This document shows positions 33,501 through 48,500 of a stretch of 64,000 nt of DNA, one piece after another. The stretch comes from Malacoraja senta (taxonomy: Eukaryota), in the NCBI GenBank assembly GCA_038087875.1, contig JAXLNO010000645.1:1-64000 (forward strand), written 5' to 3'. Within the stretch, counting starts at the first letter, position 1. Each line of letters begins with the position of its first letter. Position numbers and translations under genes: made by a program. A model generated the notes under the pieces. It saw only the letters and a program-made list of their open reading frames with translations. It had not been told where the DNA came from and searched no databases.

Positions 33501-36500
33501 CACTTTTCTCGTGCTGAATTTCGTCGCTTTTCACGTCCTGAAGGTTCGTAGCTTTTCGCCTCCTCAATTTTCGTCACTTTCCGCGTGCAGAATTTTCGTC
33601 GATTTTCGTGTTCTGAAATGTCTTCACATTTCGCGTGCTGAATTTTCGTCGCTTTTCGCAGGGAGAATTTCCGTCGCTTTTCAGGTGTTGAAGTTTTGTC
33701 GCATTCCTCGTGCAGAGATTTTCGTCACTTTGTGTCCTTATGTTTTGTTGCTTTTTGCTTGCTGGATTTACGTCACTTTTCATGTGCTGAATTTTTAATC
33801 ACTTTTTGCATGCTGAATTTTATTCGCTTTTCGCGTGCTGAATTTTTGTTGCTTTTCATGTACTGAAATTTTGTCGCTTTGCACGTGCTGAGATTTTCGG
33901 CGCTTTATGTGTCCCGATGTTTTGTTGCTTTTCACGTCCTGAATTTACGTCGCTTTTTGTGTGCTGAATTTTCATCGCTTTTTGCCTGCTGTATTTTTGT
34001 AGGTTTTCGCATGCTGAATTTTCGTCACTTTTCGCGTGATGAAAGCTCGTCACTTTTCATGTGCTGAATTTTTATCGCTTTGCGCAGGCAGATTTTTCGT
34101 CGATTTTCACGTGCTTCATTTTCATCGCTTTTCGCGTCCTGAAGGTTCATCACTTTTCGCGTGCTGAATTTTTGTCACTTTTCGCAGGCTGAGTTTTCGT
34201 CGCTTTTCGCGTGCTGTATTTTTGTCACTTTTCGCGGCTGGATTTTCGTCGTTTGTCTCGTTCTGAAATTTCGTCACTATTCGCTTGCTGAATATTCATC
34301 CCTTTTCGCGTGCTGAAGGTTCGTCGCTTTCCGCATGCTGAAGTTTCGTCACTTTTCGCATGCTCAATTTTCGTCGATTTTCACGTTCTGAAATTTAGTC
34401 ACTTTTCGCGTGCTGAATTTTCGTCGCTTTTCGCATGCTGAATTTTGGTCACTTTTCCCGTGCTTAATTTTCATCCCTTTTCACGTCCTGAAGGTTCGTC
34501 ACTTTTTGAGTGCTGAATTTTCGTCACTTTTTGCGTGCTGAATTTTTGTCGCTTTTCGCATGCTGAGATTTCGTCGCTTTTCATGTGCTGTATTTTCGTC
34601 ACTTTTCGCATGCTGAATATTCGTCGCTTTTCGCGTGCTGAATTTTCATTGCTTTTCGCGTCCTGAAGTTTCATCACTTTTCGCGTGCTGAATTCTTGTC
34701 ACTTTTCGCATGCTGAATTTTTGTCGATTTTCGGGTGCTGAATTTTCGTCGATGTTCGCATCCTGAAGATTCGTCGCATTTCACCTGCTGAATTTTCCTC
34801 AATTTTCGCGTGCTGAATTTTGTTCGATTTTCGTGTCCTGAAAGTTCGTCACTTTTCATGTGCTGAATTTTCGTCGCCTTTCCCATGCTTCATTTTCATC
34901 GCCTTTCACGAGCTTCATTTTCATCGCCTTTCGCATGCTTCATTTTCATGACTTTTCGCATCCTGAAGGTTCGTCGCTTTTTGCATGCTGAAGTTTCATC
35001 ACTTTTCGCGTTTCATTTTCATCACTTGGCATTCTGAAGGTTCATCGATTTTCGCATGCTGAATTTTCGTCGCTTTTCCAGTGCTTCATTTTCATCGCTT
35101 TTCGCATCCTGAAGGTTCGTCACTTTTCGCATGCAGAATTTTCATCGATTTTTGCATGCTGAATTTTTGTCACTTTTCGCGTGCTGTATTTTTCGTCGCT
35201 TTTCATGTTTTGAAATGTTGTCACTTTTCGCGTGCTGAATTTTCGTCGCTTTTCACGTTCTGAAAATTCGTCGCTTTTCGCAAGCTGAATTTTCGTCGCT
35301 TTTCCCGTGCTTTATTTTCGCTTTTCGCGTCCTCAAGGTTTGTCACTTTTTGCGTGCTGAAATTATCGTCGCTTTATGTGTCCTGATGCTTTGTAGATTT
35401 TCGCATGCTGAATTTTCGTCACATTTCACGTGCTGAATTTTCTTGGCTTTTCACGTTCTGAAATGTTGTCACTTTTCACGTGCTGAATTTTCATCGCCTT
35501 TCGCGTGTATCATTTTCATCGCCTTTTGCGTGCTTCATTTTTTTTATCACTTTTCGCGTCCTGAAGGTTCGTCGCTTTTCGCATGCTCAAGTTCCATAAA
35601 TTTTCTCATCCTGAATTTACGTTGCTTTTCGTGTGCTGAATTTTCGTCGCTTTTGACGTTCTGAAATTTCGTCACTTTTCGCATGCTGAATTTTCGTTGC
35701 TTTTCGCGTGCAGAATTTTTGTCGCTTTTCGCAAGCTGAGTTTTTGTCGTTTTTCACGTGCTGTATTTTTGTCACTTTTCGCATGCTGAATTTTCGTTGC
35801 TTTTCACGTGCTGAAGTTTCGTCGCTTTTCGCATGCTGAAGTTTTGTCACTTTTCGCGACCTGAATTTACGTTGCTTTTCGTGTGCTGAATTTTCGTCGC
35901 TTTTCGCGTGCTTCATTTTCATCACTTTTCGCATACTGGGTTCGTTGCTTTTAGCATGGTAAATTTTCGTCGCTTTTCCTGTACTTCATTGTCATCGCTT
36001 TTTGCATCATGAGGGTTCGTCGCTTTTCACATGCTGAATCTTCATCGTTTTTCGCATGCTGAATTTTCGTCGCTGGCTCAATTTTTCTCACTTTTCATGT
36101 GCTGAAATGTTGTCGCATTGCAAGTGCTGAGATTTTCGTCACTTTGTGTCCCGATGTTTTGTTGCTTTTCGCGTCCTCAATTTATCTCGCTTTTCGTGTG
36201 CTGAATTTTCGTCGATTTTCGCGTGCTTCATTTTCATCACTTATCGCATACTGGGTTCGTTGCTTTTAGCATTGTAAATTTCCGTCGCTTTTCTTGTACT
36301 TCATTGTCATCGCTTTTCGCATCATGAGGGTTCGTCGCTTTTCACATGCTGAATTTTCGTTGATATTCGCATGCCGAATTTTCGTCGCTTTTCGCGTGCT
36401 GAATTTTCGTCGCTGGCTGAATTTTCCTCGCTTTTCATGTGCTGAAATGTTGTTGCATTGCATGTGCTGTCATTTTCGTCACTTTATGTGTCCCGATGTT

Positions 36501-39500
36501 TTGTTGCTTTTCGCATCCTCAATTTACGTCGCTTTTTGTGCGCTGAATTTTCATCGTTTTTTGCATGCTGTATTTTTGTAGATTTTCGCATGCTGAATTT
36601 TCGTCACTTTTCGCGTGCTGAAAGCTCGTCACTTTTCATGTGCTGAATTTTTATCGCTTTGCACAGGCTGATTTTTCATCGATTTTCCCGTGCTTCATTT
36701 TCATCGCTTCTCACGTCCTGAAGATTCATCACTTTTCACGTGCTGAATTTTTGTCACTTTTTCGCATGCTGAATTTTCGTTGCATTTCACATGCTTCATT
36801 TTCATCACTTTGCGTGTGCTTCATTTTCATCGCTTTTCGCATCCTGAAGGTTCGTCGCTTTTACATGCTGAATTTTCGTCGATTTTCGCATGCTGAATTT
36901 TCGTCGCTTTTCGCGTGCTGAATTTTTGTCGCTTTTCTCTTTCTGAAATTTCGTCACTTTTCGCGTGCTGAATCTTCGTCGCTTTTCATGTGCTGAAGGT
37001 TCATCATTTTTGACGTACTGAATTTTCATCGCCTTTCGCTGGCTGAATTTTCGTCGCTTTTCATGTGCTGAAATTTTGTCGCGTTGCACGTGCTGAGATT
37101 TGCGTCGCTTTATGTGTCCCGATGTTTTGTTGCTATTCACGTCCTGAATTTACATTGATTTTTGTGTGCAGAATTTTCATCGCTTTTTGAATGCTGTATT
37201 TTTGTAGATTTTCGCATGCTAAATTTTCGTCACTTTACGCGTGCTGAATTTTCGTCGCTTTTCACGGTTTGAAATGTAATCACTTTTTGCATGCTGAATT
37301 TTCGTCGCTTTTTGCGTGCTGAATTTTTGTCACTTTTCGCGTGTTGAATTTTCGTCGCTTTTCGCATCCTGAAGATTCGTTGCATTTCGCCTGCTGAATT
37401 TTCCACACTCTTCGCGTGGTGAATTTTCGTCGATTTTCGTGTCCTGAAAGCTCTTCACTTTTCATATGCTGAATTTTTATCGCTTTGCGCAGGCTGATAT
37501 TTCGTCGATTTTCCCGTGCTGTATTTTCACTTTTTGCATGCTGAATATTCGTCAATTTTCGCATGCTGAATTTTTGGCGTTTTTCGCGTGTTGAATTTTT
37601 GGCGCTTTTCTCGTTCTGAAATGTCATCACTTTTCGCGTGCTGAATTATCGTAGCTTTTCACGTGCTGAAGGTTCATCATTTTTGACGTGCTGAATTTTC
37701 ATCGCCTTTCGCTGGCTGAAATTTCGTCGCTTTTCATGTGCTGAAATTTTGTCGCTTTGCACGTGCTGAGATTTGCGTCGCTTTATGTGTCCCGATGTTT
37801 TGTTGCTTTTTGCGTCCTGAATTTACATTGATTTTTGTGTGCTGAATTGTCATCGCTTTTTGAATGCTGTATTTTTGCAGATTTTCGCATGCTAAATTTT
37901 CATCACTTTTCGCGTGCTGAATTTTCGTCGCCCTTCATGTTCTGAAATGCCATCACTTTTTGCATGCTGATTTTTCGTCGCTTTTTGCGTGCTGAATTTT
38001 TGTCGATTTTTGCGTGTTGAATTTTCGTCGCTTTTCGCATGCTGAATTTTCGTTGATTTTCGTGTCCTGAAAGCTCTTCACTTTTCGTATGCTGAATTTT
38101 TATCGCTTTGCGCAGGCTGATATTTCGTCGATTTTCCCGTGCTTCAATTTCATCGCTTTTCGCATCCTGAAGGTTCGTCACTTTTCGCGTGCTGAATTTT
38201 TGTCACTTTACGCATGCTGAATTTTCGTTGCCTTTCACGTGCTTCATTTTCATCGCCTTTCGCCTGCTTCATTTTTATCACTTTGCACGTCCTGAAGTTT
38301 CGTCGCTTTTCGCGTCCTGAATTTACGTCGCTTTTCATGTGCTGAATTTTCGTCGCTTTTTGCATGCTCAAGTTTCGTCGCTTTTCGCATCCTGAAACTA
38401 CTTTGCTTTGCGTGTGCTGAATTTTCGTCGCTTTTCGCGTGCTTCATTTTCATTACTTTTCGCATCCTGAAATTTCGTCGCTTTTCGCGTCCTGAATTTA
38501 CGTCGCTTTTCATGTGCTGAATTTTCGTCGCTTTATGCGTGCTTCATTTTCATCACTTTTCGCATACTGAAAGTTCGTCGCATTTAGCATTCTAAATGTT
38601 CGTCACTTTTCCCGTGCTTCATTTTCATCGCTTTTGCATCCTGAATGTTCGTCGCTTTTCACGTGCTGTATTTTCACTTTTCACATGCTGAATATTCGTC
38701 GCTTTTCGCGTGCTGAATTTTTGTCGCTGTTCGCAATCTGAATTTTCATCGCTTTTCCTGTGCTTCATTTTCATCGCTTTTCATGTCCTGAAGGTTTGTC
38801 ACTTTTCGCGTGCTGAATTTTTGTCACTTTTCGAATGTTGAATTTTCATCGCCTTTCACGTGCTTCACTTTCATCGCCTTTCACGTCCTGAAGTTTTGTC
38901 GCTTATCGTGTCCTAAATTTGATTCGCTTTTCGTGTGCTGAATTTCCATCGCTTTTCGCGAGCTTCATTTTCATCACTTTTCGCGTGCTTCATTTTCATC
39001 ACTTTTCACATACTGAAGGTTTGTCGCTTTTACCATGCTAAATTTTCGTCGCTTTTCCCGTGCTTCATTTTCATCGCTTTTCGCATCCTGAAGTTTTGTC
39101 GCGTTTTGCGTCCTGAATTTACGTCGCTTTCCGTGTGCTGAATTTTCGTCACTTTTCGCGTGCTTCATTTTCATCACTTTGCACGTCCTGAAGTTTCGTC
39201 GCTTTTCGCATGCTGCAGTTTTGTCACTTTTCGCATCCTGAATTTACGTCGCTTTTAGCATGCTAAATTTTCGTCGCTTTTCTCGTGCTTCATTTTCATC
39301 GCTTTCGAATCCTGAAGGTTCGTCGCTTTTCGCGTGCTGTATTTTCGTCACTTTTCGCATGCTGAATATCCGTCGCTTTTCGCGTGCTGAATTTTTGTCG
39401 CTTTTCGCAAGCTGACTTTTCATCGCTTTTCCCGTGAGTCTTCATCGCTTTTCGTGTCCTGAAGGTTCATCACTCTTCGCGTGCTGAAGTTTTATCGCTT

Positions 39501-42500
39501 TTCGAATGCTGAATTTGCGTTGCCTTTCGCGTGCTTCATTTTCATCACCTTTTGCGTGCTTTATTTTCATCACTTTTCGCGTCCTGAAGTTTCGTCACTT
39601 TTCGCATGCTGAATATTCGTCGCTTTTCGCGTGCTGAATTTTTCTCGCTTTTCGCAAGCTGAATTTTCATCGCTTTTCCCGTGATTCATTTTCATCGCTT
39701 TTCGCATGCTGAAGTTTCGTCGCTATTCGCGTCCTGAATTTTCGTTGCTTTTCGCATCCTGAAGATTCGTTGCATTTCGCCTGCTGAATTTCCCTCACTT
39801 TTCACGTGCTGAATTTTCATCGATTTTTGTGTCCTGAAAGCTCGTCGCTTTTCATGTGCTTTGCGCAGGCTGATTTTTCGTCGATTTTCGTGTGCTGAAG
39901 TTTCCTCGCTTTTCGCATCATGAATTTATGTCGCTATTCATGTGCTGAATTATCGTTGCTTTTCGCGTGTTTCATTTTCATCACTTTTCGCATACTGAAG
40001 GTTCGTCGCTTTTCGAATGCTGAATTTTCGTCGCTTTTCCAGTGCTTCATTTTCATCGCTTTTCGTGTCCTGAAGGTCCGTAGCTTTTCGCATGCTGAAT
40101 TTTCGTTGATTTTCGCATGCTGAATTTTCATCACTTTTCGCGTGCTGAATTTTCATCGCTTTTCACGTTCTGAAATTTCGTCACTTTTCGCTTGCTAAAT
40201 TTTCATCGCTTTTCGCGTCCTGAAGGTTCATCAGTTTGGCGTGCTGAATTTTCATCGCTTTTCGCAGGCTGTTTTCGTTGCTTTTCACGTGCTGTATTTT
40301 TGTCACTTTTCGCATGCTGAATTTTCGTTGCTTTTCACGTGCTGAAGTTTCGTCGCTTTGCGCATGCTGAAGTTTCGTCACTTTTCGTGACCTGAATTTA
40401 CGTCGCTTTTCGTGTGCTGAATTTTCGTCGCTTTTCGCGTGCTTCATTTTCATCACTTTTCGCATACTGGGTTCGTTGCTTTTAGCATGGTCAATTTACG
40501 TCGATTTTCCTGTACTTCATTTTCATCGCTTTTCGCATCATGAGGGTTCGTCGCTTTTCATGATGACTTCGTCGATTTTTGCATGCTGAATTTTCGTCGC
40601 TGGCTGAATTTTCCTCGCTTTTCATGTGCTGAAATTTTGTCGCTTTGCACGTGCTGAGATTTTCGTCACTTTATGTGTCCCGATGTTTTGTTGCTTATTG
40701 CGTCCTGAATTTACGTCGCTCTTTGTGTGCTGAATTTTTGTAGATTTTCGCCTGCTGAATTTTCGTCACTTTTCGCGTGCTGAATTTTCGTCACTTTTCG
40801 CGTTCTGAAATTTCGTCACTTTTCGCATGCTGAATTTTCATCACTTTTCATGTGCTGAATATTTGTCGTTTTTCGCGTGATGAATTTTCATCACTTTTTG
40901 CATCCTGAAGATTCGTCGCATTTCGCCTGCAGAAGTTTCCTCACTTTTCGCGTGCTGAATATTCGTCGATTTTTGTGTCCTGAAAGCTCGTCACTTTTCA
41001 TGTCCTGAACTTTTATCACTTTGTGCAGGCTGATTTTTCGTCGATTTTCGTGTGCTGAAATGTTGTCACTTTTCACGTCCTGAAATATCGTTGCTTTATA
41101 TGTGCAGAAGTTTTGTCGCTTTTCACATGCTGATATTTTGGTCGCTTTTCACATGCTTCATTTTCATCACTTTTCGTGTGCTTCATTTTCATCACTTTTC
41201 GCACACTGAAGGTTCGTTGCTTTTAGCATGCTAAATTTTCGTCGCTTTTCCCATGCTTCATTTTCATCGCTTTTTGCATCCTGAAGGTTCGTCGCTTTTT
41301 ACATGCTGAATTTCCGTTGATTTTCGCATGCTGAATTTTCGTCGCTTTTCTTGTTCTGAAATTTCGTCAATTTTCGCATGCTGAATTTTCGTCGCTTTTC
41401 ACGTGCTGAAGGTTCATCATTTTTGACGTGCTGAATTTTTATCGCTTTTCGCTGGCTGAATTTTCGTCACTTTTCATGTGCTGAAATTTTGTCGCTTTGC
41501 ATGTGCTGAGATTTGCGTCACTTTATGTGTCCCGATGTTTTGTTGCTTTTCGCGTCCTGAATTTATGTTAATTTTTATGCTGAATTTTCATCGCTTTTTG
41601 CATTCAGTATTTTTGTAGATTATCGCAAGCTAAATTTTCGTCACTTTTCACGTGCTGAATTTTCGTCGCTTTTCACGTTCTGAAATGCCATCACTTTTTG
41701 CATGCTGAATTTTCGTCGTTTTTTGCGTGCTGAATTTTTGTCGCTTTTCCCGTTGAATTTCCATCACTTTTCGCATCCTGAAGATTCGTTGCATTTCGCC
41801 TGCTGAATTTTCCTCACTTTTCGAGTGCTGAATTTTCGTCGATTTTTGTGTCCTGATAGCTCTTCACTTTTCATATGCTGAATTTTTATCACTTTGCGCA
41901 GGCTGATATTTCATCGATTTTCCCGTGCTTCAATTTCATCGCTTTTCGCATCCTGAAGGTTCGTCACTTTGCAAATGCTGAATTTTCGTCGCTTTTCCAG
42001 TGCTTCATTTTCCTCACTATTCGCGTGCTGAATTTTCGTCGCTGGCTGAATTTTCGTCGCTTTTCATGTGCTGAAATTTTGTCGCTTTGCACGTGCTGAG
42101 ATTTCCGTCACTTTATGTGTCCCGATGTTTTGTTGCTTATTGCGTCCTCAATTTACGTCGCTCTTTGTGTGCTGAATTTTTGTAGATTTTCGCATGCTGA
42201 ATTTTTGTTCACTTTTCGCGTGCTGAATTTTCGTCACTTTTCACGTTCTGAAATTTCGTCACTTTTCGCATGCTGAATTTTCGTCACTTTTCATGTGCTG
42301 AAAATTTGTCGTTTTTCGCGTGATGAATTTTCGTCACTTTTTGTATCCTGAAGATTCGTCGCATTTCGCCTGCTGAAGTTTCCTCACTTTTCGCGTGCTG
42401 AATATTCGTCGATTTTTGTGTCCTGCAAGCTCGTCACTTTTCATGTCCTGAATTTTTATCGCTTTGTGCAGGCTGATTTTTCGTCGATTTTCATGTGCTA

Positions 42501-45500
42501 AAATTTTGTCACTTTTCACGTCCTGAAATATCGTTGCTTTATATGTGCAGAAGTTTTGTCGCTTTTCACGTGCTGATATTTTGCACGTGGTGAGATTTGC
42601 GTCGCTTTATATGTCCCGATGTTTTGTTGCTTTTCGCGTCCTGAATTTACATTGATTTTTGTGTGCTGAATTGTCATCGCTTTATGAATGCTGTATTTTT
42701 GTAGATTTTCGCATGCTAAATTTTCGTCACTTTTCGCATGCTGAATTTTCGTGGTTTTTTCGTTCTGAAATGTCATTACTTTTTGCATGCTTATTTTCCG
42801 TCGCTTTTTGCGTGCTGAATTTTTGTCGCTTTTTGCATCCTGAAGATTCGTTGCATTTCGCCTGCTGAATTTTCCTCACTTTTCGCGTGCTGAATTTTCG
42901 TCGATTTTCGTGTCCTGAAAGCTCTTCACTTTTCATATGCTGAATTTTTATCGCTTTGCGCAGGCTGATATTTTGTCAATTTTCCCGTGCTTCAATTTCA
43001 TCGCTTTTCGCTTCCCGAAGGTTCGTCACTTTCGCGTACTGAATTTTTGTCACTTTAAGCATGCTGAATTTTCGTCGCCTTTCACGTGCTTCATTTTCAT
43101 CGCCTTTCGCATGCTTCATTTTCATCACTTTTCACGTCCTGAAGTTTCGTCGCTTATCGTATCCTGAATTTACTTCGCTTTTCGTGTGCTGAATTTTTGT
43201 CACTTTATGCATGCTGAATTTTCGTCGCTTTTCACGTGCTTCATTTTCATCGCTTTTCGCATCCTGAAGTTTCGTCGCTTTTAGCGTCCTGAATTTACGT
43301 TGCTTTTCGTGTGCTGAATTTTCATCACTTTTTGCATGCTGTATTTTTGTAGATTTTCGCATGCTGAATTTTCGTCACTTTTCGCGTGCTGAAAGCTCGT
43401 CACTTTTCATGTGCTGAATTTTTTTCGCTTTTCTCGTTCTGAAATTTCATCACTTTTCGCGGGCTGAATTATCGTAGCTTTTCACGTGCTGAAGGTTCAT
43501 CATTTTTGACGTGCTCAATTTTCACTGCCTTTCGCTGGCTGAAATTTCGTCGCTTTTCATGTGCTGAAATGTTGTCGCTTTGCACGTGCTGAGATTTGCG
43601 TCGCTTTATGTCCCGATGTTTTGTTGCTTTTCGCGTCCTGAATTTACATTGATTTTTGTGTGCTGAATTGTCATCGCTTTTTGAATGCTGTATTTTTGTA
43701 GATTTTCGCATGATAAATTTTCGTCACTTTTCGCGTGCTGAAATTTCGTCGCTTTTCACGTTCTGAAATGTCATCACTTTTTGCATGCTGATTTTTAGTC
43801 GCTTTTTGCGTGCTGAATTTTTGTCGCTTTTTGCGTGTTGAATTTTCGTCGCTTTTCGCATCCTGAAGATTCGTTGCATTTCGCCTGCTGAATTTACCTC
43901 ACTTATCGCGTGCTGAATTTTCGTCGATTTTCGTGTCCTGAAAGCTTTTCACTTTTCATATGCTGAATTTTTATCGCTTTACGCAGGCTGATATTTTGTC
44001 GATTTTCCCGTGCTTCAATTTCATCGCTTTTCGCATCCCGAAGGTTCGTCACTTTCGCGTGCTGAATTTTTGTCACTTTACGCATGCTGAATTTTCGTCG
44101 CGTTTCACGTGCTTCATTTTCATCGCCTTTCGCGTGCTTCATTTTCATCACTTTTCACATCCTGAAGTTTCGTCGCTTATCGTGTCCTGAATTTACTTCG
44201 CTTTTCGTGTGCTGAATTTCCATCGCTTTGCGCGAGCTTTATTTTCATCACTTTTTGCGTGCTTCATTTTCATCACTTTTCGCATACTGAAGTTGCATCG
44301 CTTTTCGCGTCCTGAATTTACGTCGCTTTCCATGTGCTGAATTTTCGTCACATTTTGCGTGCTTTATTTTGTCACTTTTCGCACTTTTCGCATAAGGTTC
44401 GTCGCTTTTAGCATGCAAAATTTTCGTCGCTTTTCCCGTGCTTCATTTTCATCGCTTTCGCATCCTGAAGGTTCGTCGCTTTTCACGTGCTGTATTTTCG
44501 TCACTTTTCGCATGCTGAATATTCGTCGCTTTTCACATGCTGAATTTTCATCACCTTTCGCGTGCTTCATTTTCATCACTTTTTGCGTCCTGAAGTTTCG
44601 TCGCTTTTCGCATGCTGAAGTTTTATCACTTTTCGCGTCCTGAATTTACGGCGCTTTTCGTGTGCTGAATTTTCGGCGCTTTTCGCGTGCTGAATTTTCA
44701 TCACTTTTCACATAGTAAAAGTCCGTCGCTTTTAGCATGCTAAATTTTCGTCACTTTTCTCGTGCTTCATTTTCATCGCTTTCGTATCCTGAAGGTTCGT
44801 CGCTTTTCGCGTGCTGTATTTTCGTCACTTTTCGCATGCAGAATATTCGTCGCTTTTCGCGTGCTGAATTTTTGTCGCTTTTCGCAAGCTGAATTTTCAT
44901 CACTTTTCCCATGATTCATTTTCATCGCTTTTCGTGTCCTGAAGGTTCGTCACTCTTCGCGTGCTGAAGTTTCGTCGCTTTTCGCATGCTGAAGTTTCGT
45001 CACTATTCGCATCCTGAATTTTCGTCGCTTTTCGCATCCTGAAGATTCGTTGCGTTTCGCCTGCTGAATTTCCCTCACTTTTCGCGTGCTGAATTTTCAT
45101 CGATTTTTGTGTCCTGAAAGCTCGTCACTTTTCATGTGCTGAATTTTTATCGCTTTGCGCAGGCTGATTTTTTCGTCGCCTTTCACGTGCTTCATTTTCA
45201 TCACTTTTCGCATACTGGGTTCGTTGCTTTTAGCATGATAAATTTACGTCGATTTTCCTGTACTTAATTTTCATCGCTTTTCGCATCATGAGGGTTCGTC
45301 GCTTTTCATGATGACTTCGTCGATTTTTGCATGCTGAATTTTCCTCGCTTTTCGCATGCTGAATTTTCGTCGCTGGCTGAATTTTCCTCGCTTTTCATGT
45401 GCTGAAATTTTGTCGCTTTGCATGTGCTGAGATTTTCGTCACTTTATGTGTCCCGATGTTTTGTTGCTTTTTGCGTCCACAATTTACGTCGCTTTTTGTG

Positions 45501-48500
45501 TGCTGAATTTTTGTAGATTTTCGCATGCTGAATTTTCGTCACTTTTCTTGTGCTGAAGTTTCGTCACTTTTCACGTTCTGAAATGCCGTCACTTTTCGCA
45601 TGTTGAATTTTCGTCACTTTTCGTGTGCTGAATTTTTGTCATGTTTCGCGTGATGAATTTTCGTCGCTTTTTGCATCCTGAAGATTCGTCGCATTTCGCC
45701 TGCTGAAGTTTCCTCACTTTTCGCGTGCTGAATTTTCGTCGATTTTTGTGTCCTGAAAGCTCGTCACTTTTCATGTCCTGAATTTTTATCGCTTTGTGCA
45801 GGATGATTTTACGTCGATTTTCGTGTGCTGAAATTTTGTGACATTTCACGTCCTGAAATATCGTTGCTTTATATGTGCAGAATTTTTGTCGCTTTTCACA
45901 TGCTGATATTTTGGTCGCTTTTCACATGCTTCATTTTCATCACTTTTCGTGTGCTTCATTTTCATCACTTTTCGTCGCTTTTCGCATCCTGAAGATTCGT
46001 TGCATTTCGCCTGCTGAATTTTCCTCACTTTTCGCATGCTGATTTTGCGTCAATTTTCATGTACTTAAATTTTGTTGCTTTGCACGTGCTGAGATTTTCT
46101 TCACTTTACGTGTCCCGATGTTTTGTTGCTTTTCATGTCCTGAATTTACGTCGCTTTTTGTGTGCTGAATTTTCATCGCTTTTTGCATGCTGTATTTTTG
46201 TAGATTTTCGCATGCTGAATTTTCGTTGCATTTCGCCTGCAGAATTTTCCTCACTTTTCGTGTGCTGAATTCTTGTCACTTTATGCGTGCTGAATTTTCG
46301 TCGCCTTTCGCGTGCTTCATTTTCACCACTTTGCGCGTCCTGAAGTTTCGTCGCTTTTTGCATGCTCAAGTTTCGTCGCTTTTCGCATCCTGAAATTACT
46401 TTGCTTTCCGTGTGCTGAATTTTCGTCGTTATCGCGTGCTTCATTTTCATTACTTTTCGCATACTGGTTCTTAGCTTTTACCATGCTGAATATTCGTCGC
46501 TTTTCACGTGCTGAATTTTTGTCGCTTTTTGCAATCTGAATTGTCATCGCTTTTCCTGTGCTTCTTCATCGCTTTTCGTGTCCTGAAGTCACTTTTCGCG
46601 TGCTGAAATTTTGTCACTTTTCGAATGCTGAATTTTCATCGCCTTTCGCGTGTTTCATTTTCATTGCCTTTCGCGTGCTTCATTTTCATCACTTTTCACG
46701 TCTTGAAGTTTCGTCGCTTATCGTGTCCTGAATTTACTTTGCTTTTCGTGTGCTGAATTTCTGTCGCTTTTCGCGAGCTTCATTTTCATCACTTTTCGTG
46801 TGCTTCATTTTCATCACTTTTCGGATACTGGTTCGTCGCTTTTACCACGCAAAATTTTCGTCGCTTTTTCCGTGCTTCATTTTGTCACTTTTCGCATACT
46901 GAAGGTTCGTCGCTTTTAGCATGCCAAATTTTCGATGCTTTTCCCGTGCTTCATTTTCATCACTTTCGCATCCTGAAGGTTCGTCGCTTTTGACGTGCTG
47001 TATTTTCGTCACTTTTAGCATGCTGAATTTTTGTCGCTTTTCACATGCTGAATTTTCATCGCCTTTCGCGTGCTTCATTTTCATCACTTTTTGATCCTGA
47101 AATTTCGTCGCTTTTCGCATGCTGAAGATTTGTCGCTTTTCGCATCCTGAATTTACGCCGCTCTTCGTTTGCTGAATTTTCGGCGCTTTTCGCGTGCTTC
47201 ATTTTCATCACTTTTCTCGTGCTTCATTTTCATCGCTTTCGTATCCTGAAGGTTCGTCGCTTTTCGCGTGCTGTATTTTCGTCACTTTTCGCATGCTGAA
47301 TATTCGTCGCTTTTCGTGTGCTGAATTTTTGTCGCTTTTCGCAAGCTGACTTTTCATCGCTTTTCCCGTGAGTCTTCATCGCTTTTCGTGTCCTGAAGGT
47401 TCATCACGCTTCGCGTGCTGAAGTTTTATCGCTTTTCGAATGCTGAATTTGCGTTGCCTTTCGCGTGCTTCATTTTCATCGCCTATCGCATGCTTTATTT
47501 TCATCACTTTTCGCGTCCTGAAGTTTCGTCGCTTTTCGCATGCTGAAGTTTCGTCGCTTTTCGCGTCCTGAATTTTCGTCGCTTTTCGCATCCTGAAGAT
47601 TCATTGCATTTAGCCTGCTGAATTTTCCTCACTTTTCGTCCATTTTGTCGCTTTGCACGTGCCGAGATTTTCGTCAGTTTATGTCCCGATATTTTGTTGC
47701 TTTTCACGTCCTGATTTTACGTCACTTTTCGTGTGCTGAATTGTTGTCGTTTTTCGCGTGCTGAATTTTCGTCGCTTTTCGCATCCTGAAGATTAGTTGC
47801 ATTTCATCTGCTGAATTTCCCTCACTTTTCGCGTGCTGAATTGTCATCGATTTTTGTGTCCTGAAAGCTTATCACTTTTCATGTGCTGAATTTTTATCGC
47901 TTTGCGCAGGCTGATTTTTCGTCGATTTTCGTGTGCTGAAGTTTCGTCGCTTTTCACATCATGAATTTACGTCGCTTTTCATGTGCTGAATTATCGTTGC
48001 TTTTCGCGTTTCATTTTCATCTCTTTTCGGATACTGAAGGTTCGTCGTTTTTAGCATGCTGAATTTTTGTCGCTTTTCCAGTGCTTCATTTTCATCGCTT
48101 TTCGCGTCCTGAAGGTTTGTCGCTTTTCGCATGCTGAATTTTCGTCGATTTTCGCATGCTGAATTTTCATCACTTTTCGCGTGCTGAATTCTCATCGCTT
48201 TTCACGTTCTGAAATTTCGTCACTTTTCGCGTGCTGAATTTTCGTTGCTTTTCACGTGCTGAAGTTTCGTCCTTTTTCGCATGCTGAAGTTTCATTGCTT
48301 TTCGCGACCTGAATTTAAGTCGCTTTTCGTGTGCTGAATTTTTGTCGCTTTTCACGTTCTGAAATATCGTCACTTTTCGCATGCTGAATTTTCGTCGCTT
48401 TTCGCGTGCTGAATTTTTGTCGCTTTTCGCATGCTGAATTGTCGTCGCTTTTCCCATGCTGAATTTTCATCGCTTTTCTCTTTCTGAAATTTCCATTACT

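Noticed and set aside
34755..34800. CTGAAGA in variant monomers as a hammerhead core
   Set aside because: No stem II followed by GAAA and an NUH site at the proper spacing.
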